From Vicugna vicugna (Eukaryota), in assembly GCA_013265495.1 (NCBI GenBank), contig MU058449.1, forward strand, positions 372,001 to 415,351: a stretch of DNA of 43,351 nucleotides. The letters are read 5' to 3'. The notes under the pieces were generated by a model. The model had not been told where the DNA came from, did not search any database, and saw only the letters and a program-made list of their open reading frames with translations. Positions 20,910-32,803 of the stretch are shown here, piece after piece. Made by a program: the position numbers and the translations under genes. Numbering within the stretch: the first letter of the stretch is position 1; each line of letters opens with the position of its first letter.

Positions 20910-23145
20910 GCAAGGACTGAGAATGATGTCATAGAAAACAGTAGAATATGGAACCTAAAGAATCAGTTACTTCACTCAAAAAACTATAAACTGTCAAAAA
21001 ACTGACAGAATAAGCTTTTTAACAATGCCATGGTCTAATCTACACATGACAACAAGATGACTGCTCAATGAAAGGAAAAAAAAAAGGAACAGCTGAATTT
21101 TGGTAGAGATTGTTATGGCATTTTTGGTCATTCATCTACCATCTTGCCTTCTACAGTACAGCAATAGCTGTGGGAATGGGGACCCACATTTCTGGTGTGG
21201 CTAGCAGGTACCGGGAGGTGAATGCAAACTTTGTTCCTAAACATTGTAGTTGTGCATTTGACCTGTCTGTTGAGAAACCAGCACAGAGCATCACCTTTGC
21301 TTCCGCACCCTTAGGCTGGAGCAGATTTTGAGGGGGAAGCAGGGCCTGTAAAAAAGATTTAAAAACAAACACTGCCTGTGTCCACCTAAGGTGAAGGACA
21401 AGAATGAGAGCAAGTAGCAGACAGTTCCAAAACCCCAAAAGAAGGAGGTAGAGGGAAATGTTTCTGGAGGGTTTATGAGCTCACAAGGGCCACTACATCT
21501 GTCATGGACCATAGTATGCACCACATGTCCAGGACTGGACACTTGCTCAGAAAAGACCTGAGAGAATCCTAGACTGATACAACTGGTGGGTCTGTGGGCT
21601 CCAGTCAAATAGGAGGTAGAAGCTAAAGCAAAGTTGTCGGTGGCTTGGCTCAGCTCTGCCTTGAAGGAGCGACACAAATCAAGGCCAAGCTGCAAAGTGT
21701 GGGAGGGTAGTTCTTTCATTCAGACATCAGTGAGGCTATTCTCATTTTGTGTGGTCAGCTTTAAAATACCAAAACCAAATAAAGACACAGCAGGGATGAA
21801 ATTTAAGACCAATATCCTTTATGAATATAGTTGCAAAATTTCTCAACAAAAAATTTGAGCTAACTGAATCCAATAGCATATTAAAGGATTATACACCATA
21901 ACCAAGTGGGATATATTTCAGGAATGCAAGTGTAGCTCGACAACAACAACAAAATCAATATAATAAACCACATTAATAGAACAAAAGAAATAAACAAAAA
22001 ATAACACATGGCCATCTTAGTTGGTGCAGAAAAACATTTGACACAATCTAACATTCTTTCATGATAAAAACACTCAGAAAACTAGAAGTAGAGGAAAACT
22101 TCCTCAACAAGCTAAAAGACATTTATGAAAAGTCCATGGCTAACTTTATATACAATGGTAAAAGACTGAAAACTTTTCCCCTAATGTCAGGGTATATGAA
22201 AAGGTGCTCGCCATCATTTATCATCAGGGAAATGCAAATCAAAACCACAATTAACTATCACCTCACATCTGTTAGAATGGCTGTTATCAAAAAGTCAGAA
22301 GTTTACAAGTGTTGGTGAAGATGTAGAAAAAAGGGAATCCTTGTGCACTGTTAGTGGGAATGTAAATTGGTAAGGCCATTATAAAAACATATAGGTACTT
22401 CCAAAAATTAAAATAGAACTACCATATGATCCAGAAATCTTATTTCTGGGTATATAGCCAAAGGAAATAATATCAATATGTCAAAGAGATATCTGCACTT
22501 TCGTGTTTATTGCAGCATTACTCACAGTAGCCAAGATATGGGAACACCCTAAGTGTCCATTGAAAGGTGAATGAGTAAGCAAAATGTGACATATATATAT
22601 AAATATATATATTTATATTATTCAGCCTTAATAAAGAAGGAAATCTTGCCATTTGTGGCAACATGAATGAATCTGGAGGACATGATGCTAAGTGAAATAA
22701 GCCAGACACAGAAAGACAGATATCACAGTATTTCATTTATATGTTGAATCTTAAAAAAAAAAAAAACTCACCAAAAAACAGTCAAAATCATGAGTCATAG
22801 TAACAGAGAAAAGAATGATGGTTACCAGAGGCTATGGCATGAGGGGAAAAGGGAGATATTGATCAAAGTGTACAAACTTTCAGTTATAAGTTGAATATAT
22901 TCTAGAGACGTAATGCACAGCATGGTGACTATAGTTAATAATGTGTTGTATACTTGATATTTACTAAGAGAGTAGATCTCCAGTGTTCTCACCACAACCC
23001 AAAAAGTAACTGTGTGAGAAGATGGTTATGTTAGTTTCCTCCTAGTAGTATTTTCAGAATGTGTATGTCCAGTTTTAAAAAATTGCATGTTTATATATAA
23101 TATATATTATATATACAATTTTTCCTTTTCAAAAATAATTGAAGA
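20910..23145 (+). mobile_element. L1 mosaic: old 5'UTR (20910-21740), ORF2 RT fragment (21765-22190), ORF2 C-terminus plus L1MA-type 3'UTR (22191-23145)
   Basis: ORF 22061-22318 reads MIKTLRKL...NGKRLKTFPL-SG (RT) and then YMKRCS...[17 protein letters not shown] (C-terminal domain). 3'UTR motifs gtacaaactttcagttataag and gagagtagatctc. Confidence 0.85.
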
Positions 23146-23499
23146 AAAAATTTAGTTGCTTTTTAGATATAAGGATATTCAGGTTTTATATTTCTTCTTT
23201 TCCAATTTTTGTAATTTATGTCTTTCAAGAATTATGCTTATTTTGTTTATATTGTTGAATTCATTGGTACTAATTTATTCACAATGTTCCATTATTGATA
23301 TTTTAATGTATGTGCTATGTAGTAATAAGTCTTTTATCTTTCTTTGTGTCATTCATTTTTATTCTCTCTCTCTCTCTGGCTCTTCTTCTATAATTTGCTT
23401 CATATTGTATTAATGCATGTTCCATTATTATCATTTCTTTCACCTTATTTATATTTAATTTGCTCTTATTTTTTCTTACTTTTTAATAACAATATAATG

Positions 23500-23960
23500 T
23501 ACATTCATTTCAAGGATACACAAAATAGACATTAAACTGGGATGTAATGAAGTATTAACACATTTCAAATATTTAATATTGTAAAGAGTGCATTTTCTGT
23601 CTAACTAAGTTAGAATTTAAAAACATTATTCAATATTTTAAATATTTGGAAATCAAGCAGCACATGTCTCAATATCTCATTTGATAACACAGAAATCACA
23701 ATGAATATTAGTCTTATTTTTAATTGAATAAGAATGAAAATACAGAATGTCAAATGTATGATATGCAACAAAATCAATGGTTAAAATAAATTCGTAATTG
23801 AAACCATATACATTCCAAAACAGAAAGTTTGAAAACTAACAAAGTGTTCTTATGAAGAATTAAAAACTACAAATTAAAAATAAAGATAATAAAAGGAAGA
23901 GATGATAAAGATTAAATTAGAAGTGAATTGCATTATAGATAGAGAGCTAATATCAGTGTT
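23500..23960 (+). mobile_element. Very old L1 ORF2 (endonuclease/linker) remnant
   Basis: aatatttggaaatcaagcagcaca...agaaatcacaatgaatatt...aatgaaaatacagaatgtcaaa. Confidence 0.6.
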
Positions 23961-24118
23961 AACTTGAACATTTTTTATGTCAACCTACCTGTAGTCTTGG
24001 AAATAAATGCCTCTCAGATAGAGAATGATGATGTGAAATCCCAACAGTTAATAACAGAATCCAAATTCTTACCGTTTGTAGAAAATAATTCTCTACATGA
24101 TTGCAGTCACTTGATAGA

Positions 24119-25069
24119 TCACTGCTGGGATCCATGATTCAGAAGAAAAATTTGTGTCACACGTTTACGAATTACCTTATTTTTTATACCATAGACAATA
24201 GGGTTGAGTGCCGGTGGCACAAGGAGGTAGATGGTAGACAGAAGTATGTGGGTAGAGGGGACAACATGTCTGAACCGATGGCTGAAGAAGGAGAAGAAGG
24301 CAAGGATATAAAACTCAAGGAAAACAAAAATGTGAGCTGTACAGGTATTGAATGCTTTGAGCCGTGCCTCCTTTTGACGTAGGTGAAAAACAGCCTGGAA
24401 AATAAGGATATAGGAAATGAGGATAAAAATCATGTCAAATCCCAGAATTGTAAAACCCACAAAAAGACCACATGTTTTATTGACTTGGATGTCTTCTGCA
24501 GCCAGCTTGACCACAGCCATGTGCTCACAGTAAGAGTGGGCAATTACAGTGGAATGGAAAAGGTGCAGTCTTTTGATCAGAATGGGTAACAGACCAACCA
24601 GCACTGTAGCTCGTATTGCCACTATCACTATCATGCGACCCAAGACTGAAGGTGTGAGGATGGATGTGTGCCTCAGAGGATCACAGATGGCAATGTAGCG
24701 GTCAAAGGCCATGGCCAATAGAATGCCAGACTCCATGCACTGCAAGGCATGAATGAAGAATAGCTGGGCTAGGCAAGTGTTAAAGGCCATAGAATAAGAT
24801 CTGAACCAGAAGATAGCCAACATCTTGGGAGCAATGGCTGCACAGAGTCCTATGTCGGTGGCTGCCAGCACAGCCAAGAAGATGTACATGGGCTGGTGCA
24901 GGCTGCGTTCTGCAGGGATGATGATTAGTAAAATGATATTTCCCCAAAGAGCCACTAGGCACACAGCAAAGAAAGGAAACCCAATCCAAAACTGCACATG
25001 TTCTAGTCCAGGAATTCCAATCAAGATTACGATTCTGGGGTTCAAATGTGATATGTTAATGGATGCCAT
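24119..25069 (-). CDS. Class I olfactory receptor, OR52A-related, 316 aa (gene 3); paralog of gene 2
   Basis: Full 7TM ORF with NIS glycosylation site, LHQPMYIFL, MAFDRYIAICDPLRH, HSYCEHM, KAFNTC, PPALNPIVYG. Acceptor ctttcttctgcAG at 25111-25110. Confidence 0.97.
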   Translation of the reverse strand: MASINISHLNPRIVILIGIPGLEHVQFWIGFPFFAVCLVALWGNIILLIIIPAERSLHQPMYIFLAVLAATDIGLCAAIAPKMLAIFWFRSYSMAFNTCLAQLFFIHALQCMESGILLAMAFDRYIAICDPLRHTSILTPSVLGRMIVIVAIRATVLVGLLPILIKRLHLFHSTVIAHSYCEHMAVVKLAAEDIQVNKTCGLFVGFTILGFDMIFILISYILIFQAVFHLRQKEARLKAFNTCTAHIFVFLEFYILAFFSFFSHRFRHVVPSTHILLSTIYLLVPPALNPIVYGIKNKVIRKRVTQIFLLNHGSQQ

Positions 25070-25109
25070 AGAGGTTGGTGTTCTGTCTTCTCACCACTGA
25101 TTCTGATAC

Positions 25110-25124
25110 CTGCAGAAGAAAGCT
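25110..25124 (-). promoter_or_regulatory. Probable splice acceptor of gene 3 coding exon
   Basis: Minus strand reads ctttcttctgcAG|gtatc, about 40 bp upstream of the ATG. Confidence 0.65.
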
Positions 25125-26480
25125 TGGATGGGAAGTCAAAAGGCTTCAGCTTTCACTGTCATGCAACCATACTGAGCATTGAGCAAATAAGTTCAGTGCC
25201 TTGGATGGCAGTTTGGCCAGTATCTTCTACAACACCTGCCAAATGGCAGAAGCAAACAGTCTTTTCGAGAGCTGGAAAATGGGAAAGTGTCAGGATTCTT
25301 GATGTCACTCTTAGCTCTTGTGGAAATGAAAACCATGAAACTGAGAGCCCCAACCTTTGACTTCTTCCTTGAGCTCTAGCCTAGTTTGCCTGAAAAGCCG
25401 GCATTCATTGTCCCTTATGTACTTCTAGATGCCATTTTCATAACAGTTGGTAATTCTTCTGGGAGCCTTGGTGTCCTAAAAGAAATCCTGTTTCTCTGAT
25501 CCTGTGACCATTAGTAGGTAATCTTGGGGGAACCTTCAGTATTAGTCACACTGCTCCTGGGCCCAGAGAATGAATTGTTTATCCCTGAGTCATTTGCATT
25601 GGTTCTCAAATGGACTTTGTCAGAACAGAGTTCACCTTTCTTGTGTTAACTCATTTCTTCATTAAAATATAGAACAAACTACTTTTTTTTTTTAACAGTA
25701 AATGTGGCCCTGAGTGGAGATTTGAAGAATATGGTCTTCTTTCAGACACAGCCAGGTCAGCTTGGTTTTCTAAGTGAATTAAGGCCCAGTTATGTTTAGG
25801 GTAGATGTGTTGAGTGGAATAGGGAGTGTGAAATAGAGAAGCTGTTTTTGTTTGTTTTGGTTTTGGTTTTGGTTTTTTACCAGTGTTCAGGAGATTGAGA
25901 GAGAAGTGAAAGCAGAAAAACAATACAGAGGTGCCAAATTCAAGAAGAATGGACTACGTAAAATAGCGTATACACGCAGGATCTGGCTAGTTTCGACATA
26001 CTCTTAAGCTAGATCTAGATTAGCATAATAATGTTTTTTCCCCCTCAGAGATTCAAGATTAGTGGATTGCTAGGTTTCTTGAGCTCTGAGTAAGATCACA
26101 TATCCTTCTGTGCATAGTGGACTCCCTACTTTTTCTTTTTAAAATTTTTACATTGTACTGCGAGTGATTAGCTGTGGCTTGAATCCTGAAGATCGTTTGG
26201 TATAATGCTCTTAATACCTCTCTAGTTCAACAGTCTTTCCAGATTATGATTCATATTTTTGGGGGATGATTTGAATACATTTAATAATACTTTCTCTATT
26301 TTTCTCCTTTTAATCTTAGTTTCATTAATCACACTCTAATATTTTAATCATTTTACATTTTTCTATCTTCCATCTGTGCCTAAACACTGATCCCAGTTGC
26401 TTCAACAAAGAGATTAACTCAGAACGGGTCACTCTATACAACCTAGAAACAAGTTCTTTATGACTTTGTCAACCTAGAAG

Positions 26481-26685
26481 TGTTAGGAGGCAAAAGTCAA
26501 GCAAAAGTGTTTATTTGGGATCTAAGAATTGCAATTTCAGGTACCAGATGTCAGGAGCAACTCCTATAGTGTCCCACTAGGGAGAAAAAATTGGAGATTT
26601 TTAAAGACAAAAAGGGGAATATTTGCATAATTTACTTACGAAGAATTTTGATTGGTGTGGAGGCAGAAAGCTGGTCTTGTGAGTG
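26481..26685 (-). mobile_element. Old ERV1 LTR fragment (MER67/MER31/MER92-like)
   Basis: tttatttgggatctaagaattgcaatttc and ttttgattggtg resemble antisense MER67-group LTR 3' ends. Confidence 0.5.
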
Positions 26686-26901
26686 TAGAGAAAAACAGTG
26701 AGTGTGTTTTTATTTTATCTAGTATTCAGCAAGCCGTTAAAATCAAGGACTGGAAAATCAGAAAATGACCTGTCTACTAATTCTGGATACCTCACTTACT
26801 ATTTATGAAATCTTGCTAAAGCACTATACTTATTACTAATTGCTCATCTGTAAATTAAGGACACTATCCTTACTTAGCTGAGTGTTAAATGAGATCATGT
26901 A

Positions 26902-27358
26902 TGTTGATTGAAAAAAAAATGTGCAACATAAGAACGGTGAGTTTCAGTTACATTCAGGGACCTTACTAAAGACTGTAGCTTGGACTACAGCCTGTCAATA
27001 GGAACTGCTCCAAAGAGTTAGGGGAGGAGCCAGTATATATTTAAATATTGGGTCTGGCAAATATTTGTAGTCAAGAGAAAAAAGATTACTGCTAATCACA
27101 AAGAAAAGATATCCCAAGTTAACGATCTTAGTGCTTTTGTATGTATGTGAAGATACAAGAATCTGGGGTTATTGGATTTTTTCCTTAGATGTTAACTATC
27201 TAAGGACCCATGTATGCAAAGCACAGAATGCTTCATCTCGTTTTTTCCATCATGAATTCCCCTCAGGAAGCACTGTCCTTGACTGCAGTGCATTGGTTAC
27301 AAGTTAACCCTTTGTATAAAGGGACAATGAGCACCATTCTTTATTCTTTTTGTTTACA
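26902..27358 (-). mobile_element. ERV1-type solo LTR inserted in a MIR
   Basis: TG...CA ends (tgttgattgaaa ... ttgtttaca). The MIR core (ctcatctgtaaattaagg...ttaaatgagatcatgta) resumes after it. TSD is poorly preserved. Confidence 0.7.
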
Positions 27359-28882
27359 TATGTAGAGCAGATTAGTGTCCGGAACAATTTGAATCCTTAA
27401 TGTATGGTAGCTTATAGAAAGCCTAGTTATTTTGTCAAGGCAGAAACAGGCTGTGGAATAATGAGGAGAGATAAAACAAAATACAGAGAAGTGAAAATTT
27501 ATTGATGATAGTACTAAAGAAAACTCCATGAGAAGAAGAAATTTTGAGAGCCTAATAGCTTTCCTCCATCATCTCATGTATAAGATTGGCCTTTTCTCCA
27601 AGTAGTCATCAAATGATCAGGTTGAAATAATAAGGTGATATTCTAACTAGTTACCTATACAGACCTTTTTTCTGCAGTTAAAAATGATCATATGATTTAA
27701 GAAAACAAAATTGTAATAATTACTCCTCCTTTCCTGACTCTGAGTATGTAGTGATAAAATGAGGGAAATATATGCATCTAAATTTTGTTAAATCTAGTTT
27801 CTATGACAGACAACAGGGCTTTATTTCTCTTAGCTTTTTGAAAATAATCTAACTGCTATCACATAAGGGATAATCTCAATCCTACTTACTGAATGAAAGA
27901 GGGAAAAAAGGTCCTAATAGGTAAACTCCAACAGAGGCAAGAGGACAAAAAGGAGATTGGAGTCTCCTTTGCCCTGACACAGAGAGGATTGAGCTGCTAG
28001 GTAGATATGAATCTCTACAAGACCTATGAATCTCCTGTCTCCTCTACTTTCTACATTACTTAAACACCCACCACATCTCCATGGACACCAAAAGTAGATT
28101 ACCTCTAAATTAGCCTTTTTCCATTTTTTAATAAACCAGAAAACATTAGAATTAATGAAGATCCAGTCAACTAGAACCCAGAAATCTTAGGGACAACTTT
28201 GCTTATATTGTTAATTACTTGGGATCCAGAAATACAAGAAAATATGACCTAACTACCCATGAAAACCTTTGAATTCTAAATCATGTTAATCTAGTCCTTC
28301 ATCTTTTGTTGTTGTTTTTGTTGTTGTTAAAAAATTCTAAACACAGAGAAGACATGGACAGAAATATTGAGTAAAACAAGATTTTAAAACCTCATTTGAT
28401 CATTTTTTCTTAAAATAGACTGTCATCACAACCTTTTGTCAGCTCGCAATTCCCAATTTGTAGGGAATGAGCTGGGGGCTGGCCTGCCATATGAATGGGC
28501 TGGTTGCATCAGTTTGTTTCCAGCAACATTTCCAGCACATATTATGGATGAATGGCTGGATATTACTGAGTGCCTGGGTTGATCACAGAGCATCATCATC
28601 CTCCTGAGGCCCCTCCTGAGCATTAATACTCTTCTCATCCTTGACTTTCTTCCCAGAGGCAAGTTGGTGTCAGACTTGGAACATAGAGTCAGGAAGTTCT
28701 CTGGTTTCTAGAGGAAAAGGAGTCTACCAGGAGCATATCTCCTGGATCACCTTTGGAGCAAGTTGATTTTGAGCTCTTTAGGAGTGAAATCAAGGGAATG
28801 TGAGAGATGGAGATATCTTAAGATGGAGGGAAAAAGGAGTCTCTTCTATCCTACTTATCTGACAAGACTCAGAACATCTTGA

Positions 28883-28899
28883 GTATATATATGTGTGTA

Positions 28900-28934
<35 letters not shown>
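28883..28934. repeat. Compound (TA)/(TG) microsatellite
   Basis: Seen directly. Confidence 0.9.
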
Positions 28935-28939
28935 CCAGT

Positions 28940-29040
28940 ACCAAAAATGTATAATTTTAATCTTTCTCCCAGCTTTCCCCAAAAGGACCTCTGGTCTTTT
29001 ACCAGGCTGAATGACTGGAGAAAAGGAAATAATCAGGCTA
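28940..29040 (+). mobile_element. Short ERVL internal fragment
   Basis: cccagctttccccaaaaggacctctggtcttttaccagg...aaaggaaataatcag resembles recalled ERVL gag-pro internal sequence. Confidence 0.45.
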
Positions 29041-29977
29041 CAAAGTTATTCTCTCTTTCCTCCTCTTGGTGACATATTTATTAAAAATTTTATGATTTAT
29101 CATCCAGACTTAATGATGGTACTAATATTTAAATTCTCCTAGGATGTGTCATGACTCAATATCTTAACTGGGTTGAGAAGTTAGTGAGGTTTCAACTTAT
29201 TACTTCCTAACATAGTAGCCCCTCCCCTAAGAAGTCAAAGCTCAGGGCAAAGGTATTATATGCTATTACCTTACTGGAGGCTCTGATACTAAAAGCTATA
29301 AATGAAGGACAAGATGGGAGGTCCTTAATTATGATGCATCATTGAAACTAACTGCTGCTAAATGTGACTACATGTTCCATTTTATGAGACTATTCCTTAA
29401 AACTTGTATCTCATTATTGATATTTATAGGAGAGGAAAGGGGACTTGATTTACCCATTGGCTCCCACCCATCATTCATAGAAGAATCAACCCCATTCATT
29501 TTCTGATTAATAGTATTGATAGCTTTGACCTTGAGAATGGGGTTTGGCGCATGGCATAAGGTGAACACTACAACGTTGTGCTTGAGTGAATTTATTCAGA
29601 GTCCACCAAGGATTTATCACGTCAGATCAGTTGAAACAAGAGACGTATGAGGGCCAATGGTTTTGGAGGATGCTTAAGAAGCAGTTTTATTTTCTAAAGC
29701 TTATTTTCTAAGCTTTTAAAAATTCTGAACTTTCAATACATTTGTGGATTATTTGGGTTTCCAAACCTAAGTACTGGTCTGATTTTTGTAAAATGTTCCT
29801 TAGTTGAGATTAGTCTGATTATTTTTCTCATAATTAAACTAGAGTTATGTGATTTGGGGAAGAAGATCAGTGAGGTAATATACCATTTGTATCAAAACAT
29901 ATCAAGAGCTCCTACTATCAACATGATTTTATCACCTGACTAAGGTAGTGCTTGTCAGGATCCTCTTTCTCCCACAT

Positions 29978-30768
29978 TGTGGGAGCCCATGATTGGGTTA
30001 ACAAATTGTAACAGACCCCAGCCACTTGCCTCCTTAAAGAAGAGCAAATGTGCTTAGTAACTGCCTTGCTTGCATAGTTGAGGTTTTAGATAGCACTCTA
30101 CTCGTTGCAAAGCAATGACCGAGGCCTTCGGCTATAAACGCTGGGCATGCCTGCTATTAGATAATCTTCTATCCCCAAAGCAAGGAACTGGCTGGTCTGG
30201 TGGTCTGCTTTAACATATCTATAAGAATGTATCTTGCTCCCCTCTTCCCATGACTTCCCTAAAGGTAAACTGTAGGCCCCCAAAGGAACGAGTCTTGGGC
30301 TGGAATGGTAAACATAAAAAGCTGCAGACTCAGAGGTGAGAAGGCTGGTTAGCCAATGATGGGTAAGATCCCCAGAGGGGGGCAACCTAAGACAGGCACA
30401 GCCTCCTAAATCCAAGAAAAATGTTAAGCAGCTGCTTCTCATACGTTCCTCCCTGATAAGCTGTAAGGCTTGCTGATGCCAACATGAACATGATTTATCA
30501 AAAACATAAAGGGTCTTCTGACCTTGAGCCAGACTCTACAATCTCGATCCCACCCTGTCTTTCCCTAAATTCCTGCATTCCATCACACAACTGTCAGTGA
30601 TTTCTCCTTTGATTGTACACAATAAATGTGGGAGCATGTGAGAGCTTCGTGGAGTTGGCTCCCGACTCCCTCTTGCTCTCTTGACTTTTTCCACAGAGTC
30701 TCAAGTAATTCATTCCATCTCGGTGGGACTTCTGCTGACCAGAACCCACAACTGGTGACAAACCCACA
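29978..30768 (+). mobile_element. Solo LTR (791 bp) with 6-bp TSD
   Basis: Inverted termini TGTGGG...CCCACA; TSD CCACAT at 29972-29977 and 30769-30774; AATAAA at 30621-30626. Confidence 0.85.
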
Positions 30769-32372
30769 CCACATCTCAAAGTTTACTCTGTGGAAGCAGG
30801 TTACGATGTACATCCCCCAAATTACACAGTGAGATGTTATCCTCCACTTCCTTAAGATGGAGTATCCTCATAAATTGTTTGGAATTTTTTGCATAAGCAA
30901 TATATCTATTTCCTCCATTTGTTTATGTATTCAATTATTTATTTGTCAGTATAGACTCATAAATATTTATTTTATATTTTAGGCTGTAATCCAATACTAC
31001 TTTATTCTGTAACATTTTCCCTCTTTGGCTACTGGGAGCTCTTTCAGTCAGCTCCTATGTCCCTTTGACACATTCCATAATTGTATGTTCTTATTTGGGG
31101 AGAGAGGGTGGTAATTTTCTTACTTTCTACCACCACAAAATACTGTAGGTTTATCTTATGTATCACTTGCCCTAGGCTTAGAATGCATTATTTCTTTAAG
31201 GGCCACTGGTTTCCTTAGTTGGATAATGGTATTAGAAACAATATTCTGGGTGCTGAATATACTTTACTGCTGGGTTGTCATTGCTTTAAAGCCCTCTCAG
31301 CTGACAGCAAGGAAATATATGTGTGTATACTAACTTGTGTATGTTATACACATTTAGAAAGATTTGTCATCTGTTTAAAGATATCATTGTGATGTCTCTA
31401 ACTAACCCATTACCGAATGAATTCTAGTATCCTCTCATGTTTATTGGTAAACTACCACTCCAACAATGAGAGACCTGGCATCCACCATATACCATGCATT
31501 TAAATAATTGCTTAATAGCAGTGTTAGAATTGTTAACCTATGACCCAAGGGGAAAAATGTATCTGCTAGTGTACGGTGCTTATGTATGTATTTCTTTTTG
31601 CCTTTAGTCTCCACAGACTCCACTCATGTCCAAAGTTACTTAGGTTGACACATTCTCCCCTACAAACTTTAGTGAGGATTTTTCCTACATTTGTACTACA
31701 TTATGTTTGTCAGAATTTGCATTTCATCTTGGGATACCCTGAACTCCTTAATGATTTTTTTAAAAATTTGAGTCATCTTTTGTGTGGTAAATTTTATGGA
31801 CTTTGTCAAATGTGTAATATTATATATCCACCATTATAGTACCATATAGAATAATTTTACTAACTTAAAACTTCCCATGTTCTTCACTTATTCAATATCC
31901 CTGAACTCTTCCTCCCCTTGGCAAACATAGATATGTTTGCTGTCTCTGTAGTTTCGCTTTTTAGAGAATTTTTTTTGCTAGAATCACACAAAACGAGGCT
32001 TTTTCAGATTAGCTTTTTCCACTTAGTAGTATGCATTTAAGATTCGTCTATGCCTTTTTATAGTTTGCTGTCTCATTTCTTATTAATGCTGAATAATATT
32101 AATTGTATTATGTACAATGGGTGTACCACAGTTTGGATATGTATTTGTGTATTGAAGGTCGTCTTGACTACTTCCAGTTCTTGGCAAAAGTTGCTATAAA
32201 CATTCATGTGTGTGTTTTTGTTTGGACATAGTTTTCAAACCAATTGGGTAAATTCCTTGGAGTGTAATTGATGGATCATATGGTAAAATTATATTTAGCT
32301 TTGTAAGAAACTTCTAAACTTTCTTCCAAGTGACTCTGCTTTTTTTCATTCTCACTAAAAAATGAATGAAAG

Positions 32373-32405
32373 TGTCCATCAATGGATGGATGCATAATGA
32401 AGATT

Positions 32406-32452
<47 letters not shown>

Positions 32453-32803
32453 AGAGGAATACTATTCTGCCAGTAAAAAGATAAAATCTTGCCATTTGTG
32501 ACAATATGGCTGGATCTTGAGGGTATTATGTTAAGTGAAATAGGTCAGATGGAGAAAGACAAATACCATATGATTTCACGTATGTGTGGAATATAAAAAA
32601 CTAATAGACAAGCAGAAAACAAAATAAATGAACACACCAAACAAACAAAGCCAAACACATAAATACAGAGAACAGAGTAGTGATTTCGAGGGACTTAGAG
32701 GGTGAAATGGGTGAAAAGGGGGTCGACGATATGTGTGGAAAATAAATTTTTGATGGTGCACACACTGTAGGATATACAGAAGTAGAAATACAATGTACAT
32801 ACA
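32373..32803 (+). mobile_element. 5'-truncated L1 3' end, same type of 3'UTR as 3934-4418
   Basis: aagtgtccatcaatggatg...atacagagaacagagtagtg...atatacagaagtagaaata. TSD AAAAAATGA(A/G)TGAAAG at 32357-32372 and 32804-32819. Confidence 0.85.
32409..32448. repeat. (AC)20 microsatellite
   Basis: Seen directly, followed by a short (AG)n. Confidence 0.97.

Noticed and set aside
21110..21858. ORFs of 73-142 aa
   Set aside because: They fall in a decayed L1 5'UTR with no recognisable protein features.
22170..22178. AAACTTTTC, a motif reported in the class I OR J enhancer
   Set aside because: Lies within L1 ORF2 sequence with no supporting homeodomain or O/E context.
24101..25100. Plus-strand ORFs overlapping gene 3, and similar shadow ORFs over genes 1, 2 and 4
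   Set aside because: Antisense or alternate-frame by-products of OR coding sequence.
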